From: Takakia lepidozioides | Lineage: Eukaryota > Plantae > Bryophyta | Length of the DNA: 64,000 nt | NCBI GenBank assembly: GCA_030704615.1 | Contig: CM060732.1 | Location: 4,588,001 to 4,652,000 of the forward strand | Direction: 5' to 3' | Shown here: positions 1 to 13,039 of the stretch, in pieces | Layout of the letters: each line of letters starts with the position of its first letter | Numbering within the stretch: the stretch's first letter is position 1 | The notes under the pieces: model-generated | The model's input: the letters and a program-made list of their open reading frames with translations, nothing else | What the model was told of the DNA's origin: nothing | Database searches by the model: none | Position numbers and translations under genes: made by a program

Positions 1-1496
1 ACCCGTTTGCAGTGATCAAACATTAACCAACATTTAGCCAAATCTCCTCCAGGTTACATTCGGCGGACTATGCTCACACCACTGCCTTCACCCACTGTGG
101 ACATCTTGAACAAATACACCTTGGACGAGCCCTGGCCAGGGAAGATACTGTTTTGAATGAATTCATAGCGACTCCTCCGTTTGAGGTCCATAATGTTGTC
201 CATGAATCCAGCACTGCTTGTGCCCATTCTGAGTGCATTCACCTGGTTTCAAATATTGGGAGAGCTCAACACGGAGAAATGGTCCATCACTGCATCAAGC
301 GAATCTGCATCCAGCATTGGTTGTGTCGCATCCCCTTCACCCAATATGTGTTTTTCCAGGAATGCCTTGCTAGCTGCAAATGCTATAGCAGAAGGTGTTG
401 CACAAGGGGCATTGTGGAACTCCTGCTTCAGTAGATTTCTAGCGATGTCCACGCTATCCCTGCAACTTCCTTTTGACATAGGATGCTCGTGTGTACCCAT
501 ATGAATGCAAGCACGAGTCATTGTCTTGCATCGGTATGCCACCTGGTACATACTAGTGTGGCACACAGAAACACAGGACGAGGAAAGTTTGCAAAACATG
601 CACACAAAAGTATTGGTCTTGGGAGGGGCAATCCCTGGGGTGAAAGGATCCAGGGGCACACCTTCCTACTCACTTTCATTTGGTTTAGCGCTATTTCTCA
701 GGCGAGGGCAAGAAATATTCACGCACTTGCAATGCCCAACGCAAACCAACCTTCGAAATTTCAATCCAATGTCGTTGTGGATGTTCGATGTTTTTGTCCT
801 GCACCAAGGGTGCCCGTCATGTTTCTTGTCCATGCCCTGCAGAAGCCCAGCTAGTCCACTGGAAGACGTGGAAGGGTTGAGCTCAAACAAGATGTCCCCA
901 TCAAACTCTGCTGGCACATATTGAACCCGCTGCACCCGAAGGGACTCCCAATCAACAAAACGCAGCTCGCTCTTGCACCCAGGCACCCCGGCGAGGGCTT
1001 TCAATTTCGGAATGACACTCGTTATCTCCTGCAATTTGTCATCATCCAAGAATGGAGTTTGCACTGGCGGAGAGATCTCAAAAACATCCTCCGAGGACAA
1101 GTCTGAAAGAGTCATGAATGTGGTGGATATGCTCACCTCTTGTTTCACATGAACTGGGCCCTTCTGCTGCACGACCGATGCTGTAGTGCCAGGGGTAGGT
1201 ACTGATCCTGCTGATTGTCTTCTCTCTTTTCCAAGGACGCGGTATGTGCCTGGAAGGACTCTCCACTTCCTTCCACACTCGCCAACCAATGGTCTCTTCA
1301 AGTGCCCAGAATCCAAATTCCCATCCTCGTCATACACCTCCATTTGAACAAGCAGAGAACCCAATTCCAGAGGGAACACTATAACCAGCTCATCCTCATG
1401 AACAACTGCAAACCTATCGTCATCTGCAGTGGCAGTCAGTGGAAGACTACCTGCATTGGAATGAAATTGAGCGAGTCTATCTCCCTCCCTGGACAT
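1..1496 (-). pseudogene. MULE-like transposase, N-terminal half (GCM-like Zn domain and start of DDE core); runs off the window start
   Basis: ORFs 666-1496, 249-659 and 54-242 share one frame, separated by TAG, TGA and TAA. Motifs DGHPW..CVGHCKCVNISC..CMFC..C..HMGTHEHP (GCM-like) and FKMS..GSGV..RM..GDL..W.MFDH match the copies at 40410-41535 and 61830-63285. Confidence 0.75.
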
Positions 1497-2779
1497 GTTT
1501 TCCTAAAGTGACCCAAAGTTGCGATCCACAAAGGGTCCCCTGAACTGATAGCCCGCAATTCCTGAAAGGGGATCCACCCCAAACGAACTGAGGTGAGTAA
1601 GGGTAGCACTGACCCAAAGACTACGGGTGATGCATTCAACGGACGTAAGAATGACATGCATGGCAAAAGTCTCCACCGAACTTCACAGTCTGCCACACTG
1701 GGAGATACCAACCAGAAAAACTGTTTTCAAAGACAAGAAGCCACAAGAAGCCGTGTTGTATTTGGATGAAAAGCAAACCCTCAACATGACATGAAACCAT
1801 CCATTATCGAAAGACGGCAATGACCCCGGAGACCAGTAAACAAGAAACCCCGAATCTAATGAGGTTGTGCTGTGTCAGAAGAGCACAGCACAAACACTGA
1901 CACTCCGGGGGACACCTCGCACGAATGTGTGCAACACATCACCATTGTCGACACAAACTTTTATACCGAATGACCGCATTGCGATGGTGATGGCAAAATG
2001 CAAACCGCTGGGTAGGCAGTACAACATACGTGGATGCATATGTGAAGCATCACAATTATTGCGAATCTGCAAGTACTGCTCGAAATTGAACTAGCAATAG
2101 ATTTTTACGGCACTTCGGAATTTGAAAGAATGCAAGAGGGCTGCCAAGAATTGGCAGCCGGCGAAGTACATCTGACATATATCACAAGTACATGCAACGG
2201 CATTGGAAGTGCCACCACTTCTTTTTTTGGATAATACAAAGACGCAGAAATGGATGAATTCCGTTCGCACACAATGATGACACCCGCATCCAAATACGGT
2301 TAACAATGTCCAATTTTTATTTTGGTTACATGCCAAAGCAACCCTTGTTGCAAACGTCAAACTGGAGAGCTCTAGAGGCAGCGTGGGGAGCCCTTGTTTC
2401 CATCGGAGTCGTTATACTTTACGAGCACTAGGGACAGGAATAGAGCGAGACGTAGAATGAGGATGGAAAGAGTAGACGAAGAGGAATAAGAGGAAGAAGA
2501 GGGCAAAGAGGAAAGTTTGGCGATGGAAGAGCTGGATTCTGGACAAGAACAACAGCCCGCCATACTTCCGGGAACAGGTGAGGAGGAGACTGCATCCGAG
2601 GGAGAGTCGGACGCCAAAGATGATGTTGATGCTGGACTCACGAAGAAGTAGATAGTGGAAAAGAGGATGGGGGAGATGCTCTAGAACATGCTCGGCGTAG
2701 AGAGCAGTCCGAAGCGCAAAGGGTCTCCGGCAATTGGGGAGTCTTCTGGAGAAGCTAAAAAAAAGGTACAAGTGATGTC

Positions 2780-3545
2780 CACACCTATTTGGAAGCTCAA
2801 ACAGAGTGCGGCAACGCACACTATTTGAGCCCTGTCTTTGTGCTTTATTTTTTATGTGAAAATCGGTCAAGATGGGCCTGTTTGTCTGGTTCAATCCACC
2901 ACTGATTGGAATCTCAAATAGTGTGCGGCAACGCACACAATTTGAGACCCCATTTGTGCTTCTCTTTTGATATGAAAATCGCCCACATACGGCATCTCTG
3001 TCTGGTTCAATCCACCCCTATTTGGAAGCAGTGTGCGGAAACGCACACTGCTTGAGCCCCAATTAACTTTGTGCTTGTTTTTTGATACGAAAATCGGCCA
3101 CAAACGAGCTTGTCTGTCTAGTTCAATCCACCACTATTTGGAAGCTCAAACAGTGTGCGGCAACGCACACTATTTGAGCCCCGTTTTTTGCTTGTTTTTT
3201 GATGTGGAAATCGGCAACATAGGGCCACTCTGGCAGGTTGAATCCACCCCTTATTAGAAGCTCAAACAGTGTGCGCCAATGCACACTGTTTGAGCCCCCC
3301 TTTGTGATTCATTTTTGTTGTGAAAATAGGCCACATAGGGCCACTCTGGCAGGTTGAATCCAACCCTTATTGGAAGCTCAAACAGCGTGCGGCAACGCAC
3401 ACTGTTTTGAGCCCCATCTATGCTTGTTTTTTGATGTGAAAATCGGGCCCCTAAGGCTACTCTGGCAGGTTGAATCCACCCCTTATTGGAAGCTCAAACA
3501 GTGTGCAGCAACGCACACTGTTTGAGCCACATTTTTAGCTTGTTT
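2780..3545. repeat. Tandem array of 7 x ~116-bp monomers, each with a ~16-bp stem and GCAA loop
   Basis: Units start at 2793, 2910, 3026, 3142, 3258, 3374 and 3490. Consensus hairpin GCTCAAACAGTGTGCG-GCAA-CGCACACTGTTTGAGC. Confidence 0.92.
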
Positions 3546-3549
3546 TTTA

Positions 3550-6500
3550 CCTCTCCCACTTTTGTAAGCTAGCATGCATTCTACACACTAGCCAACCACA
3601 CCATGCATCACCATTCCAAACAAAATAGGACGCACAACATTTGGAACCCATTTCCTTTATAACAAATTTTTGTACAATACAAGTTTTTGCAATCGGATTC
3701 ATAAGCTTAGCTAAGCCGGGCTAAGCATGCATTTCCTCCCCCATGCTCCAAGGTTGATGTCCCCATCAACGCTTCTTCCGCTTTTGAGGTCGCCCTTCGA
3801 AAACTGCAACCGCCTCGGATGCGTTTCCAATTTCTGAGGCACGCATCCAAGATGCCTCCACATGATGATAGCCCTTCCATTTGACGAGATACTTTGTTTC
3901 TCGGTTCTTGAACCTCCTCGACTTAAGTACTGCCTCCACCTCGTACTCAGGTTCATTTTCATGATCCAACAGCACAGGTGGCGGACGCAACACTTGATGC
4001 CGATTCGGACGCGCTTCATATTTGAAGTAAGGCTTCAAAAGGGAGACGTGGAATACTGGATGCACCTTGCTGTTTGCCGGCAGCTCCAATTCATACACAT
4101 CCTCATTCATAACCTTCCGGATGCGAAAGGGTCCCGCATACGGAGGTACGAACTTTGGACTCACTTCCGGAGGTAATCGGAAATTCTTGATGTTCAACCA
4201 GACCTCCATGCCTGCCTCAAACTTCACTTCCCTTCGCTTCCGATTCGCCTGCCTTTCATACCGTTTCCTAGCTTTGGCAATGTTGTACTTTGCGAGCTTC
4301 AACAAACGCTCGCGTTCTTCCAGTACCGCCGCTACTGCCGGTTCCTCAACGTCCTGGGCGGCCCAACTTATCGGCACCAGAGGTGCTTTTCCATAGACCA
4401 ATACGAAAGGGGAAACTCCCGTTGCGGAGTGTTCTGTATTATTATAACAGAACTCTGCCGCGTCTAAGTGTTCCACCCAGTCTGTTTGGTCTGCCGATAC
4501 GTAATTCCGCAAGATTTGCTTCACTACGGAATTCCCTCTTTCCGTTTGGCCGTCGGTCGTAGGTCAGAAGGCGGTGCTCATCTTCAGTCTCGTCCCCATC
4601 TTCTTCCAAAGTGCCCTCCAAAATTTACTCGTAAACTTTGGATCGCGGTCCGAGACAATATCCTTCGGGACTCCATGATGCTTTAAGACGTGGGCGAAGT
4701 AAAGTCGCCCTGTTTCCTGTGCCGTTGCCGTCTCCTTGGTGGGGATGAAATGGCCCATTTTACTGAACCTATCCACCACCACCATGATTGCATCGAATCC
4801 TTTTGACAGCGGCATAGCAGTCATGAAATCCATCGAGACGCTTTCCCAAGTCCCCTCTGGAATCGGCAAGGGTTGTAACAGCCCCGCTTGCTTTTTGTAC
4901 TCGCTCCGGTTTTGTTGGCATGTGGTGCATGTCTTGACATACTCCTCTGCCTCCTCCCTCAGCTTGGGCCAGAAATATTCTTTCTTCAAGAGTGCCGCAG
5001 TGTGCTTGGCTCCGCCGCGGCCCGCAAGCAGGCTATCATGGCATTCTCTCAAGAGGCTATCTCTGATCCCTCCATTCGGCACGTAGAGACGCTTTGGCTT
5101 ATACCGGAGCAGTCCATTTTGCAAGTGGAACTGCGATTTAACCCCCATCCTCAAGTCCTGCATCACGGACTTCGCCAGCTCATCCTTTTGGCAAGCCTTC
5201 CGGATCTTCTTTTGGAGCGCCGTCTCGCCCCTGTACACCAACAGGAGCTGCTGCTTTCTACTTAAAGCATCGGCCACCACGTTGTCCCGTCCTGGTTTGT
5301 ACTGGATATCCACGTCGAACACCGCCAAAGTATCTTGCCACCTAAGTTGTTTTGGGGACAACTTGGGCTGCGTGGCAAAATACTTCACCGTGACATTGTC
5401 CGTGAACACCTTCACTGGGTTGGAACCAACATAGTGGCGCTAAAGCTCAAGACAATGCACCACCGCCTTCATCTCTTTCTCGTGCGTCGGCCACCGTCGC
5501 TCCACTTCATTCAGTTTCTTACTTTCGTAAGCCACTGGACGTCCATCTTGCATCAGTACACCCCCAATCGCGAAGTCCGACGCATCTGTATGAATCTCGA
5601 ACGGACGATCGAACTCCGGGATTTTCAAGACTGGAGCTTCCGCCATCCGCTGCTTCAATTCAGCAAAAGCTTGGCCACAAAAGGTGTTCCATGCCCAGAC
5701 TTTGGATTTACACAGAAGGTCTAACAGCGGCCCCGCGATCTTGGCGAAATTTCTCACATACTTCCGGTAATAGGAGGCGAGTCCTAGGAAGGATCGCACT
5801 CCCGGGACCGAAGTCGGAGGCTCCCAGTCCAAGATTGCCCTCACCTTTCTGTCATCCATTTTGATCCCATCCTGTGTAATCACATGCCCCAGGAACTCCA
5901 CTTTTGTGACCCCAAATTCGCACTTTGAAGCTTTGGCATACAACTTCCATTCCCGCAATTTCTGGAACACCCTTTTGAGGTGCTCCAGGTGCTCCTCCTT
6001 TGTTTTCGAATACACCAAGATGTCGTTGATGTACACGATCACAAAGTCATCCAACCACTCCTGGAAAAGGCTGTTCATCAGTGTGCTAAAGGTCGCGGGA
6101 GCGCTGGTGAGTCCAAAAGGCATCACCAAGAACTCATATGAACCATACCTTGTCCTGCACGCGGTCTTCTCCTCATCTCCTTCCGCCACTCGAATTTGAT
6201 GATAGCCGGAGCGCAGATCGATCCGGCTGAAATACTTTGCTCCTGCCAACCGATCAAAAAGGTCGTCGATCCTTGGCAAAGGGTACCGGTTTTTGATAGT
6301 CACCTTATTCAAAGCCCTGTAATTGACACACATCCGCAGCGTCCCATCCTTCTTGTCTGCGAATAGCACCGGGGCTCCGTAAGGTGACTTACTCGGCCGG
6401 ATGTACCCCTTTGACATTAGATCTTTGAGCTGAGTCTTCAGCTCGACCAACTCTCTATGGCTCAACCGGTAAGGCGCCTTGGCAGGCGGTTTCGATCTCG

Positions 6501-8446
6501 GTATCACCTCAATCTTGTGGTCAACTCCTCTTCGCGGTGGCAAGCCGCTTGGTAAATCCTCCGGCATCACATCTTGGTATTTCTCCAAAATCCCCTTGAT
6601 CCAATCTGGGCTCGACTCCCCATCGCCTTCTCCCTTCACTTCTCTAATGTACAGAAAAAACTGGGGCTCGTGTGCCTCCTCCACGGCCCACTCCTTTGCT
6701 GACAGAAGGTTTATTTGCCCTCCCACGGGTTTGGGCGTTTCCGACACTCGTAAGACCTCGCTACCATTCCCACATGGCAGCGTGACTACTCTCTTGCGGC
6801 CATCTATGACCGCTCCGGATTTGCTCAAAAAGGTCATCCCCAAAATGAGATCCACTCCATCGATCTTGCAGATGGTGAAGTTCTCACGTCCCTCCCAACT
6901 CCCCAGTTGAAGAGGAACATCAAACGCCAACCTTGTCGCCAATTGCGGTTCTCCTTTGGCAGAACGCACCTCAATAGAGGCCCCCACGTCACTTGTCGGG
7001 AGTCTCAGCTTTTGTGCCGTTGCCGGTGTCATGAAGGAGTGCGACGCTCCTGTGTCCACCAACAACGACACGTTAGTTCCGGATATTATCCCATCCACGA
7101 ACAATAACTGACTCCCTTTACGTAAGGCGCCAGTTTCCTGATACAACTCACAAGAAAATTTGCCTACCTTGCAAGTCCTGGCGACCACTGCTTCCACCAA
7201 GCGACTGATGGTATCTTCCGACAGCTCTGTGGTCGCCCGAGTCATGTTCAATTGCCGGGGCTTCGTGCACTTCTTGGCCATGTGCCCGGGCTCCCCGCAA
7301 TTGAAACACACTCCATCAAAGGTCGTCTTCTGTCCGCCATAGGCCGCTCCACCCGCTTTTCCTTTCAAAGCACCGGGTGCCGCCTTGACTTATGAAGGCC
7401 CTCCCTTCGATTTCCACGTGCCATTATCGCCGCGTGGCCTATCCCACTTCTTTTCCAGTCGGAAGGAGTCACCTTCCCGCCGGGTCTTCTTGTGGTTCAG
7501 CTCCGTACGGCCTTGTCTTTCACCCTTAGGGACATCCGAGAAACATTCAGCCCTCTTAATTGCTTCGTTCAAAGTCTTAGGTGGCTTCTCCTCCAACTTC
7601 CGCCTGGCCCATGGGGCCAGTCCCGCCTCAAAGTTGAAGACCATTTCTGGTTCTGCCATGTCCGCGACTTCGAGCAACATCACATTGAAAGCCTAGACAT
7701 ATCCCCGAATGTCATCTGTTTGCTTCAAATTCCTCATCTTGTCCCGAGCGAGCCAGGACGCGTTGAGGGGCACAAACTGCCTCATCATCAATTCCTTGAA
7801 CCCACTCTAGTTCAAGGTTTCCGGGCTTGGACCTCGGTTGTGAAGGCGTTTCTGCCACCATTGTTGAGCATAGCCCCTCAAATAGGTGGGAGCCACTTCC
7901 ACCCGATCCTCGTCACTCAACTTGGCCGCCCGGAAGTACTGCTCTAGCTCCAAGAGCCAGGTGTTGAGTGCCTTCCGATTTCGGACGCCCTCGAAGGTGC
8001 CGGGTTCCTTAGGCTTCACCTTAAACTTTGCCTTAGTGGAAGTGGCATTAGCCACCTTCAACACGTCTTTCAACGTCCCGGCAAATTGCGCCAACAACCC
8101 TTCCCAAAAGGCTGTCGGCATGGGAGGCATCTGTTGGTCGGTCGGAGCTCTCAGGGATTCCTCAGGCTCCGACTCCTCAGATTCCTCCCACTCTTGAGCG
8201 GCCTCGTTTTTGGAAACATGCATTGCTTCCTCAAACGGCCGCCTCAGTGACACGTCGCCCCCATCGGGCTCACCAAGATCATCATCTTTTGGGCCGTTCC
8301 GCTTTCGCTTTGGCTTGCCCGACCCCATGATAAGGCCAATCCCAAGGACGATCGCGTACCGAATTCTAAGCTTTGTGTGTCATCCTCAAGGTGAAGGCGG
8401 CAGACTCCTCCCTGCTCAAGAATGCCATGGCGGACCTCAATTCGTA
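3550..8446 (-). mobile_element. Ty3/gypsy LTR retrotransposon (chromovirus), 5' LTR missing, 3' LTR truncated
   Basis: Domain order gag-PR-RT-RH-INT-chromodomain. Polypurine tract GGGGGAGGAAA is followed by TG at about 3731 on the minus strand. Confidence 0.93.
3766..8328 (-). pseudogene. gag-pol polyprotein, one frame with five nonsense codons
   Basis: Zn knuckle [14 protein letters not shown], protease [18 protein letters not shown] (YIDD mutated), RNase [13 protein letters not shown], integrase SMDF..IVSDRD, chromodomain YEVEAVL..YLVKWKGY. All ORF pieces lie in the same frame. Confidence 0.93.
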
Positions 8447-11400
8447 AGATTCTCATACCCTCCTATGCACATCTGAAATGCGGTGCCGCATTTCGGATTC
8501 CAATAAGTTTTGTTTCCGTGCTTCAGTGGACTGAATTGGAGAATGTGCCTTGTAGGGTCACTGAAAATGCGTACGTACATACCCATATGGCACATATGCT
8601 GTATAGGGTGAGGAAAACTGGTCGCACTGACCCGCACATGTTTGCCGAAATGCTGGAGCCCGAGCTCATTCAAAAAGCCGTGGCAAAAACCGACCGGACA
8701 TGGTATCGCCTCACTATGGATGGAATGGTGGAGGTGATATACGAAGTAAGTTGTCCTTCCATTTTCCTCTGCTCATCCTTCTCCAATTTCCAGTTACCTT
8801 TCCATATGGATCGAATGTAATGCTTCTGCATGTTTTTCTCGGCAATCAAACATCAAGCTGGATTTGGCCAATGCCAAACTTTTCTTCATGGAAAGTGAGG
8901 GGCAGTTAAAAACGTTACAATCATTGACCGAGCACTTGAAGGAAGCCGGGGTCAAGTCCAGAACCAAATACAAGTCAAAGCTTGTGAAGCTGGTGGCCAT
9001 TGCAGATCCGACACTTGGAAAGAACTTCATCCCCGAGATTGCAAAACATTATTCTCGGGCCATGCAGCCGACAATGCAGTTGGAGCAACTACATCACCTG
9101 TCAACGGCATGTGTGGAGGCAAAAGAGAAGGTAAGGTTTCAATGCACTGAAGTTCCTTCCTAGCAATAGCCACTCTACTTCCTGCTCCTGACATTGGATC
9201 GGAAATGGCAGACACGGTGGCTGTCAATCTGGAATGCATTGGAGAGTATAAGGACCATGTGGTCTTTTCCACTCGAAGTTTCCGACCCTGCAGTGGATGT
9301 GTGGCTCAACCGCATGACTTGGTGGTTCCAGGTAATTCAAGGTACTTCCCTCAATTTGCTTTGTTGGCATGAATTCCGTGAACTGCTATGTGACAATGCA
9401 TGTTGAAAACGCAGGTAATGACGAATGCGAAGGAGCAAGTGCATACAAATTTGTTCGGCTTGTATGTGAAATGGGATGGAACACAGACATTGGAAGACTA
9501 CGTGACACGTTTCAGATGTGCGTACAAGGACAACCTCTTCGCCAGGGAGCTGCAGGCAGCAAGAAGGAGCGTGGAGTTTACACATCAGGAGGGGGCGGGA
9601 AAAGCTGCAATGCAAATTGTGTACAGGTGAAGCCGAACTCCCGTTGTATGCAAAAGCTGGGTTATGAGGTTTGCCTGGGAAATGCGGCACCGCATTCGCA
9701 CTTTATGTTTTTGGTTGCACTCTGCGAATACATTGGTCATAACTTGTGCTCACGCATTCTGACTGTCTTGCAGGTATATGAAATACGTGCTTCTTAAGAC
9801 AGGGGCCCTGGCTCAAGAGCCCCCGTTCTTCATGGCTTGGACCATGGCGGGCCCAAGTTGTGGCATGCCGCGCATCTCGTTGGATGCCCGTGGTACCTGG
9901 ACATGTTTGCCGGACTCGTTGACGAATCGGAGAAAGATCTGCACGCAAAAGCGGAGGAGAAGAGAAGGGAAAGACGTGTCCCTGCTGGGCCTGAGTCGGC
10001 AAAGGACGCTACTGCTCTGGAACAATCCAGAAAGGCAATTGAGATGGCACAGAAGACGGTGGATGCAGCTGTGCAGGCTCAACAGAAGGGGTCAAAGAAG
10101 AGGACTCGCCAGCAAGGAGTAGCAGTTGTGACACCCAAGAAGACAAAGAAGCAGAAACAGAAAGAGCAGGAAGAGGGTGATGAAGAGGACTCCGATGGAG
10201 ACTTTGCAACCAGCCCACCCCCCAAAACACAACCGAAATCCCATGCGCCCACCGTTGTCACGAAAGGGACGAGAACAGGCTCAGCAAAGAAGGCACTCTT
10301 CAACCCCCCGGGGGGGCACCCTTTCGAGCCGCTGGAAATGAAGAGGCCGAAAGTAGAGCCAGAAACAATAGTTTGGTGTGTGAATGAGAGTTTCTTGGCG
10401 GCTTTGGATGGACGGGCAGCTAAGTTGGCATACATCAAGACCATGGAGGGTCTGAAGGGCAGAGCGCTGAAGAAGGTGGCTGCCGAAGAGCCTTCCGACA
10501 CCCCTGGGTTTCTGAAGATGGTCTCGTTCTTTGAGAAGGTGTGTGCAGGGAAGGATTGCAGGAGGGGTGGAAAAGCCACCGAGTGGTCTTGCGATATGAT
10601 CATCTTGGATATTCCGGATGGAGAGCCTGTGGAAGGACTGCGTGCTTTGCCATCTTGGAACAGGTACTCCGAGGACTTTTGGAAAAAAGGATTCAGGCTC
10701 GCCCGCATGGTGTTGGATGACAGAGGCCGTGTCTTGTCCTTGCGAGCAAAGGCAAAAACACGGAGGCAGGAATTGCGAAGTGGACCCGCAAGAGTGCCGT
10801 CCCAATTCTGAAGAAGAAGTGGACGTGCATCAACACATTGGGCCTTCGGTCGGAAGGGAAGAAGGTAATTACCACATTGACAATCGTCCTTTCATTTTGT
10901 AAGCTGTTTTGAAATGCAGTGCCGCATTCGAATTCTAATCGTTCTCTACTGTGTATGCAGACGAAGCAGTTCGATGCATATTGCTTTGTGAAGGAGAACT
11001 TGACCTTTGCTTCCCGGAAGGATGGATTGTTGGTTGACCCGAACTGCGACCCCATCGATTACGACGTCCTGTTCAACAACGTTCCCACGGAACTCCTCCC
11101 TCATAGCCTCACTTCAATGGATCCCCTGCTGTATTCACGGACTCGGAGCCCTGCCTTCATCCAGACAATTATGGAGGCATGCACTGACCTGGAGGGCAAA
11201 GTGCTGGACCTCATATGTGGAACAGGTATGCATATTCTGGTACTATGTTGTTCTACAAATTCTCATTATGTTCAAATTTGCCATTTCTCAAGGGCCATGT
11301 TTTAATGAGTGGATGCCATTCTAACATGTGCCTCAATGTGGGCTGGGCGGTTTTCCGACCGACAACTCTTTGCCTACGAGGAGGACACATCCGTTTGGGG

Positions 11401-12107
11401 ATCCCATCTGGAAGGGCTTCAACGGAATGTGAAGGCTCCCATTGCAGCCACAGATTCCTCGGAGGATTCCTCGGACTCGGAGGAAGAGACAATGGACATT
11501 GATGCCGAGGAGAACCCGGAATATGCGTGAGTGCAAACATTGTAAGTTTGCAAAGCCTTTTGGGTGATTTTTTGTCACACGCATTTCCGGACTGTGGTTC
11601 TCATTGGTCTGGTGAGTGATTGTTATGTGCAGGATTCCAAGATCCGGGTCGAAACCAGTGGCGCCTACATTTCTTGCTAGGGAGAATGTCCCGTTCTTTG
11701 CGAGGACCGACTTCATGAAGAGCCCAGTGAAGGACTACTCCCTTCCTAGTTATGCAGCTAAACTTGCAAAGACAGCGATTAGACGATGTGAGAATCCCAG
11801 TAAAGTAGAGCTGATTTTGGAGAGGGCTAGGGAGGACAGAAGGATGCGGAAAGAGTTGGCAGCAGCCGAGACAAGTAGACGGGTGCGGAAGTATGTATGT
11901 GATACAGCGGAAGAGAGCGATGCAGACAGGGAGGATGACGACCCAACGGAGGTGAGATGGTCAGTTCCGCAAGGGGAAGATGGGATTTTCGAAAGCCTCG
12001 CCAACGAGCAGTCCGCTGGACATGAGAAAGACAATGAGGGGGTGGAAGGGGAGCAGGACAGTCAAGGACAGGATGACAATAGTGATGATGATTTTCAAGA
12101 TTGGTAG
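8447..12107 (+). pseudogene. Intron-containing DNA amino-methyltransferase-like gene, copy A (5' ParB-like exon lost)
   Basis: Exons at about 8556-8745, 8846-9130, 9212-9331, 9415-9626, 9774-10878, 10961-11225, 11328-11526 and 11633-12107 are colinear with copy B. Motif IV-like CDMIILDIPDG at 10608. Motifs X/I/II read RTRSPAFIQTIMEACTDLEGKVLDLICGTG|ASMWAGRFSDRQLFAYE. Two acceptor sites are mutated and there are frameshifts. Confidence 0.72.
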
Positions 12108-13039
12108 AATTTTAATTAACTCTATACATTTACATTCTCTTCCAGAGTATATAAAGGAATTTATCCACGCTGTTGAGGTCCCCTCTCCCATATGCTTCTA
12201 AACGACAACATCTGTGAAACCACGTCCTTCCCAAAACCGGAAATGCGGCGTCGAATTTCCATGTCGGAACGGAAGGAATCAGTAGAGCTGGGACATGACC
12301 AGAGAGTAGCAGGAAAGGGCGGCGAGGTTTTATGAGCGTGATAAGACTCCTATAATATATGCCAAGTGGTGGCACCGAGTATTCAGCTTTGCTTCTCGCA
12401 TGTTTTTGGAGGTAGAACTGGAGATAAGAAATGAGGAGATGAGAGATGCGGAGATGAGGAGAGCTAGTGAGGAGGAGACTTGATTCTGATGTAGTTGAAG
12501 GAGCATTTTGCTTCCACACTATCTGTTTTTGGGAAATGAGAGAGCTGTACTGTGGTAGCTCAGACCATTAGAGGTGATGCATGAGAGATGTGAAAGTGTA
12601 GTGATGGTAGCATTTGCCCAACTCTGAAAGGAGAAGGATTATGATGGCTGGACCTTGATTTGTAACCCACTGCAGCAGCTAGGCAGTGGGCTTTCACTCT
12701 CTACTTTTGAGTTTCTAAATCATGCACACTTACACATTCTCTGGTTTTGTCTTAGTTCCATCATTGCATCATGCATTAGGTTCTAGGAAGTTCGTACCTT
12801 AGGGCTATTGGTGATGGGTACTTGTTATTCTCTGGGACAGCAGGTGTTGTTTGTAATTCCGTGATATTCTTGGGCACACGATCAGCCAATGTGGTGGCGT
12901 TAGGGTGTTGGCCTGGTTCCTGTTGGATTACTTGGATGATAGAGCAATGAGGGAAGGATAAAAGGGTGAGAGAGAGAGGAAAAATGAAGATATGAGGGAG
13001 TAGATGGGGGCTGAACGAAGTCAGTGGCCTCGTAATGAA

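Noticed and set aside
1860-2770. Degenerate ORF with an acidic tail
   Set aside because: Multiple stops and no homologue in the window, so it cannot be assigned.
12265-13035. Possible LTR or retroelement leader
   Set aside because: A TATA-like motif is present but no TG..CA boundaries or second copy were found.
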